Assembly: GCA_016744895.1 (NCBI GenBank)
Contig: JADGDK010000016.1
Coordinates: forward strand, 1 to 36,396
Length of the DNA stretch: 36,396 bases
Reading direction: 5' to 3'
From: Campylobacterales bacterium
GTDB lineage: Bacteria; Campylobacterota; Campylobacteria; Campylobacterales; QNZT01
Of the stretch, positions 34,190-36,396 are shown in pieces. A program made the position numbers and the translations under genes. Under the pieces are notes generated by a model. It was not told where the DNA came from, did not search any database, and was given only the letters and a program-made list of their open reading frames with translations. The first letter of the stretch is position 1; every line of letters starts with the position of its first letter.

Positions 34190-36396
34190 TCACTTTTGAA
34201 GATGCTTAATCCCCGCTAGTAATTGTCCAAATGCAATACCGCCATCGTTGATAGGTGTTTTTTGTTGAAAATAGTACTCTATCCCCATCTCTTCAAAACA
34301 TTTAAAGAGTTGTGTTAGGAGTGTTTTATTTTGAAAAATACCACCAGTTAATACAACAGGCAATGACCTATTTTGCTCTGCAATTTCTACGATAATCTCT
34401 ACTAAGGTATTAATAAACATTGTAGCAATTAACTTATACTTTTTCTGTTTTAAAATCCTCATCTTCGTTATTTCAACTAATTGTTCTATCATTGGCAAAA
34501 GATTAATCTCATTTTCTACAATCTCATAATTAAAATATCCTGTCTCTCTTTCATCATAATTTGATTCAATCAATAAACCACTTTCACCATCATAAGATAC
34601 AGTCTGGAGAAATCCTCCTATACTTGCAACCGCATCAAAAAGTCTCCCCATAGAAGTTGTTTGAGGAGCATTTAAACTCTTCTCCCACATAATATAAAGT
34701 GACTTGATCTCTTTTTCGGTAAAGGCATTTGTACTTGGTATATTTAAAGCCAAAATAGTCTCAAGATCATAACATTCAAAAAGCAAAGAAAGAGCTACGC
34801 GTTTAGGCTCTTTTACCGCCATATCTCCCCCTAAAAGTTTAAAAGAATTTAATGAAAAACATCGCTCATATTGTTCTTCATTTGCGATAAAAACTTCACC
34901 TCCCCAAATTGTCTTATCATCACCATAACCCGTACCATCCCAAGAAAAAGCCAATACTTTTTCCTCTATATTATGTTCTAACATACACGCTAAGACATGT
35001 GCATAATGGTGTTGTACTTGAATTACTTCACACTCTTGACCCATTGCCCATTTTGTAGTCTCATAATTTGGATGTTTATCACAAACGATAAGTTCTGGTT
35101 TAAAATCATAAAACATTTTAAAAGTCTCGATAGTCCTAGTAAAATACTCAAAAGCAATCAGTGAATTTAAATCTCCAATATGAGGACTCAAGATCAATTG
35201 GTCATTGATTGCCAAAGCAATACAATTTTTTTGATTTGCACCAACAGCTAAAATTGGTTTTTCTACGACATAAGGAGATTTAAAACTAAATGGTGCAAAT
35301 CCACGAGCAAGACGCATCATAATAGGTCTATTGTCTATCATTTGAAGTACACTATCATCACAAGCATTTACGATATCTCGATTGTAATCAAGATAATACT
35401 CAACAACATGATCTAACTTATCAATAAGCTGACGATGATCTTTGATCACTGGTTCACTGCCTAAATTTGCACTCGTTGCAACAATAGGATATTTAAGATG
35501 TTTAAACAGTTGATACTGTAGTGCAGTGTAAGGTAAAAAAATACCAATTTTATTCGTATGTGGGGCAACACACTCTGCCACTTTAAATTTTGTTTTTTCT
35601 AACCTGTTATATTTAATCTTTTTTACTAAAACGATAGGTTTATACATCGAATCTATCATTTTCTCTTCATCCATACTGACTTTTGCAACCATCTGAACCT
35701 GTTTCATATCTTTACACATAACTGCAAATGGTTTTGTTGGTCTATTTTTTTGCATACGTAACTTTTTTATTATGTTTGCATTTGTAGAGCAACATACAAG
35801 ATGAAATCCACCCATCCCTTTAATTGCAACAATATGATTTCTTTGAATCAATTTTGCAGTTAAAGCAATTGCATTTTGTCCCGTTTCTAATAACTTTCCA
35901 TTTTTGGCATAGAGTGAAAGTATAGGTCCACATGAATGACATGATATGGGTTGAGCGTGGTATCTTCTATCTAATGGATTAGTATACTCTCGTTCACATT
36001 GATCACACATTTTAAAATACTTCATAGATGTGTATTTACGGTCATAAGGTACAGTTTCAATAATGCTATATCTTGGACCACAATTAGTACAAGTTGTAAA
36101 ACAGTAGTTATGATATCGACTATTTGGATTGTCCATATCATCTTTACACTCATTACAATACGCAATATCAGATGGAATCATAGCCTGTTTTGAACTACTC
36201 TCTTCACTTTTAAGTATCTCAAATCCATCTATATTTCGCAATGGCAATGTATCTTTTACAAGAGTATCTATTTTAGCAAGTACAGGAAGTGAAGTAATAA
36301 GATTTAACTCAAAATCATTAATACTTTTCTCACGCCCCTCTATATCAATAATGACACCTTGTGCATTATTGAGTACATACCCTGCTAAATCATATT
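34190..36396 (-). CDS. hypF: carbamoyltransferase HypF (5' end truncated by the window edge)
   Basis: Two CxxC-x18-CxxC zinc fingers (CNEC..CTNC and CDQC..CHSC), YrdC-like and Kae1-like domains. The frame stays open upstream of the listed TTG start and encodes an acylphosphatase-like N-terminus (YDLAGYVLNNAQGVIIDIEG) that runs off the window end. Confidence 0.85.
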   Translation of the reverse strand, partial: YDLAGYVLNNAQGVIIDIEGREKSINDFELNLITSLPVLAKIDTLVKDTLPLRNIDGFEILKSEESSSKQAMIPSDIAYCNECKDDMDNPNSRYHNYCFTTCTNCGPRYSIIETVPYDRKYTSMKYFKMCDQCEREYTNPLDRRYHAQPISCHSCGPILSLYAKNGKLLETGQNAIALTAKLIQRNHIVAIKGMGGFHLVCCSTNANIIKKLRMQKNRPTKPFAVMCKDMKQVQMVAKVSMDEEKMIDSMYKPIVLVKKIKYNRLEKTKFKVAECVAPHTNKIGIFLPYTALQYQLFKHLKYPIVATSANLGSEPVIKDHRQLIDKLDHVVEYYLDYNRDIVNACDDSVLQMIDNRPIMMRLARGFAPFSFKSPYVVEKPILAVGANQKNCIALAINDQLILSPHIGDLNSLIAFEYFTRTIETFKMFYDFKPELIVCDKHPNYETTKWAMGQECEVIQVQHHYAHVLACMLEHNIEEKVLAFSWDGTGYGDDKTIWGGEVFIANEEQYERCFSLNSFKLLGGDMAVKEPKRVALSLLFECYDLETILALNIPSTNAFTEKEIKSLYIMWEKSLNAPQTTSMGRLFDAVASIGGFLQTVSYDGESGLLIESNYDERETGYFNYEIVENEINLLPMIEQLVEITKMRILKQKKYKLIATMFINTLVEIIVEIAEQNRSLPVVLTGGIFQNKTLLTQLFKCFEEMGIEYYFQQKTPINDGGIAFGQLLAGIKHLQK

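Noticed and set aside
36245-36247. Listed start of the last minus-strand ORF (codon at 36245-36247 on the minus strand) as the true HypF start
   Set aside because: The codon is TTG and the frame stays open upstream to the window edge, encoding an acylphosphatase-like segment that HypF proteins normally have at their N-terminus. The gene is therefore treated as truncated by the window.
1-36396. CRISPR arrays and rRNA genes
   Set aside because: No run of regularly spaced short direct repeats with unique spacers and no rRNA-like conserved segments were seen. The only notable repeats are the 85-nt pair, the 30-nt boundary motif and the internal protein-coding tandem duplication.

Overview
This window reads as low-GC bacterial chromosome, probably a Campylobacterota/Arcobacter-like organism. 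That organism call is an inference from AT-richness, hyp gene organisation and an OXA-type class D beta-lactamase, with no database search behind it. The hydrogenase maturation operon hypA-E (minus strand, 1563-5080) sits at the left end, and hypF (minus, truncated by the window edge) at the right end. Between them is about 29 kb of mosaic accessory DNA. It contains, left to right: a NicO-like nickel transporter, a thioredoxin-fold protein and an arsP-arsC-arsR arsenic cluster; a secreted protein made of two tandem 165-aa repeats, followed by two direct copies of an ~85-nt noncoding element; a class D (OXA) beta-lactamase plus an ABC-F ATPase with a candidate leader-peptide attenuator; and an rtcB2-prfH-rtcB RNA/ribosome-repair cassette lying divergent to a WYL-domain regulator, a small LMW-PTP-like phosphatase and an HD phosphohydrolase. 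Further right are an AT-rich class II Fic islet ending next to a tRNA-His-like remnant, an SPFH protein, a two-component system, and an AT-rich islet holding a split ABC-ATPase + RloB/TOPRIM-like pair (OLD/AbiL/PARIS-like candidate defense module) followed by a small P-loop kinase. An IS1595-like transposase remnant and a protoglobin-membrane sensor come just before hypF. No CRISPR array, rRNA or intact tRNA gene was seen. All domain calls rest on motifs read by eye in the supplied translations.
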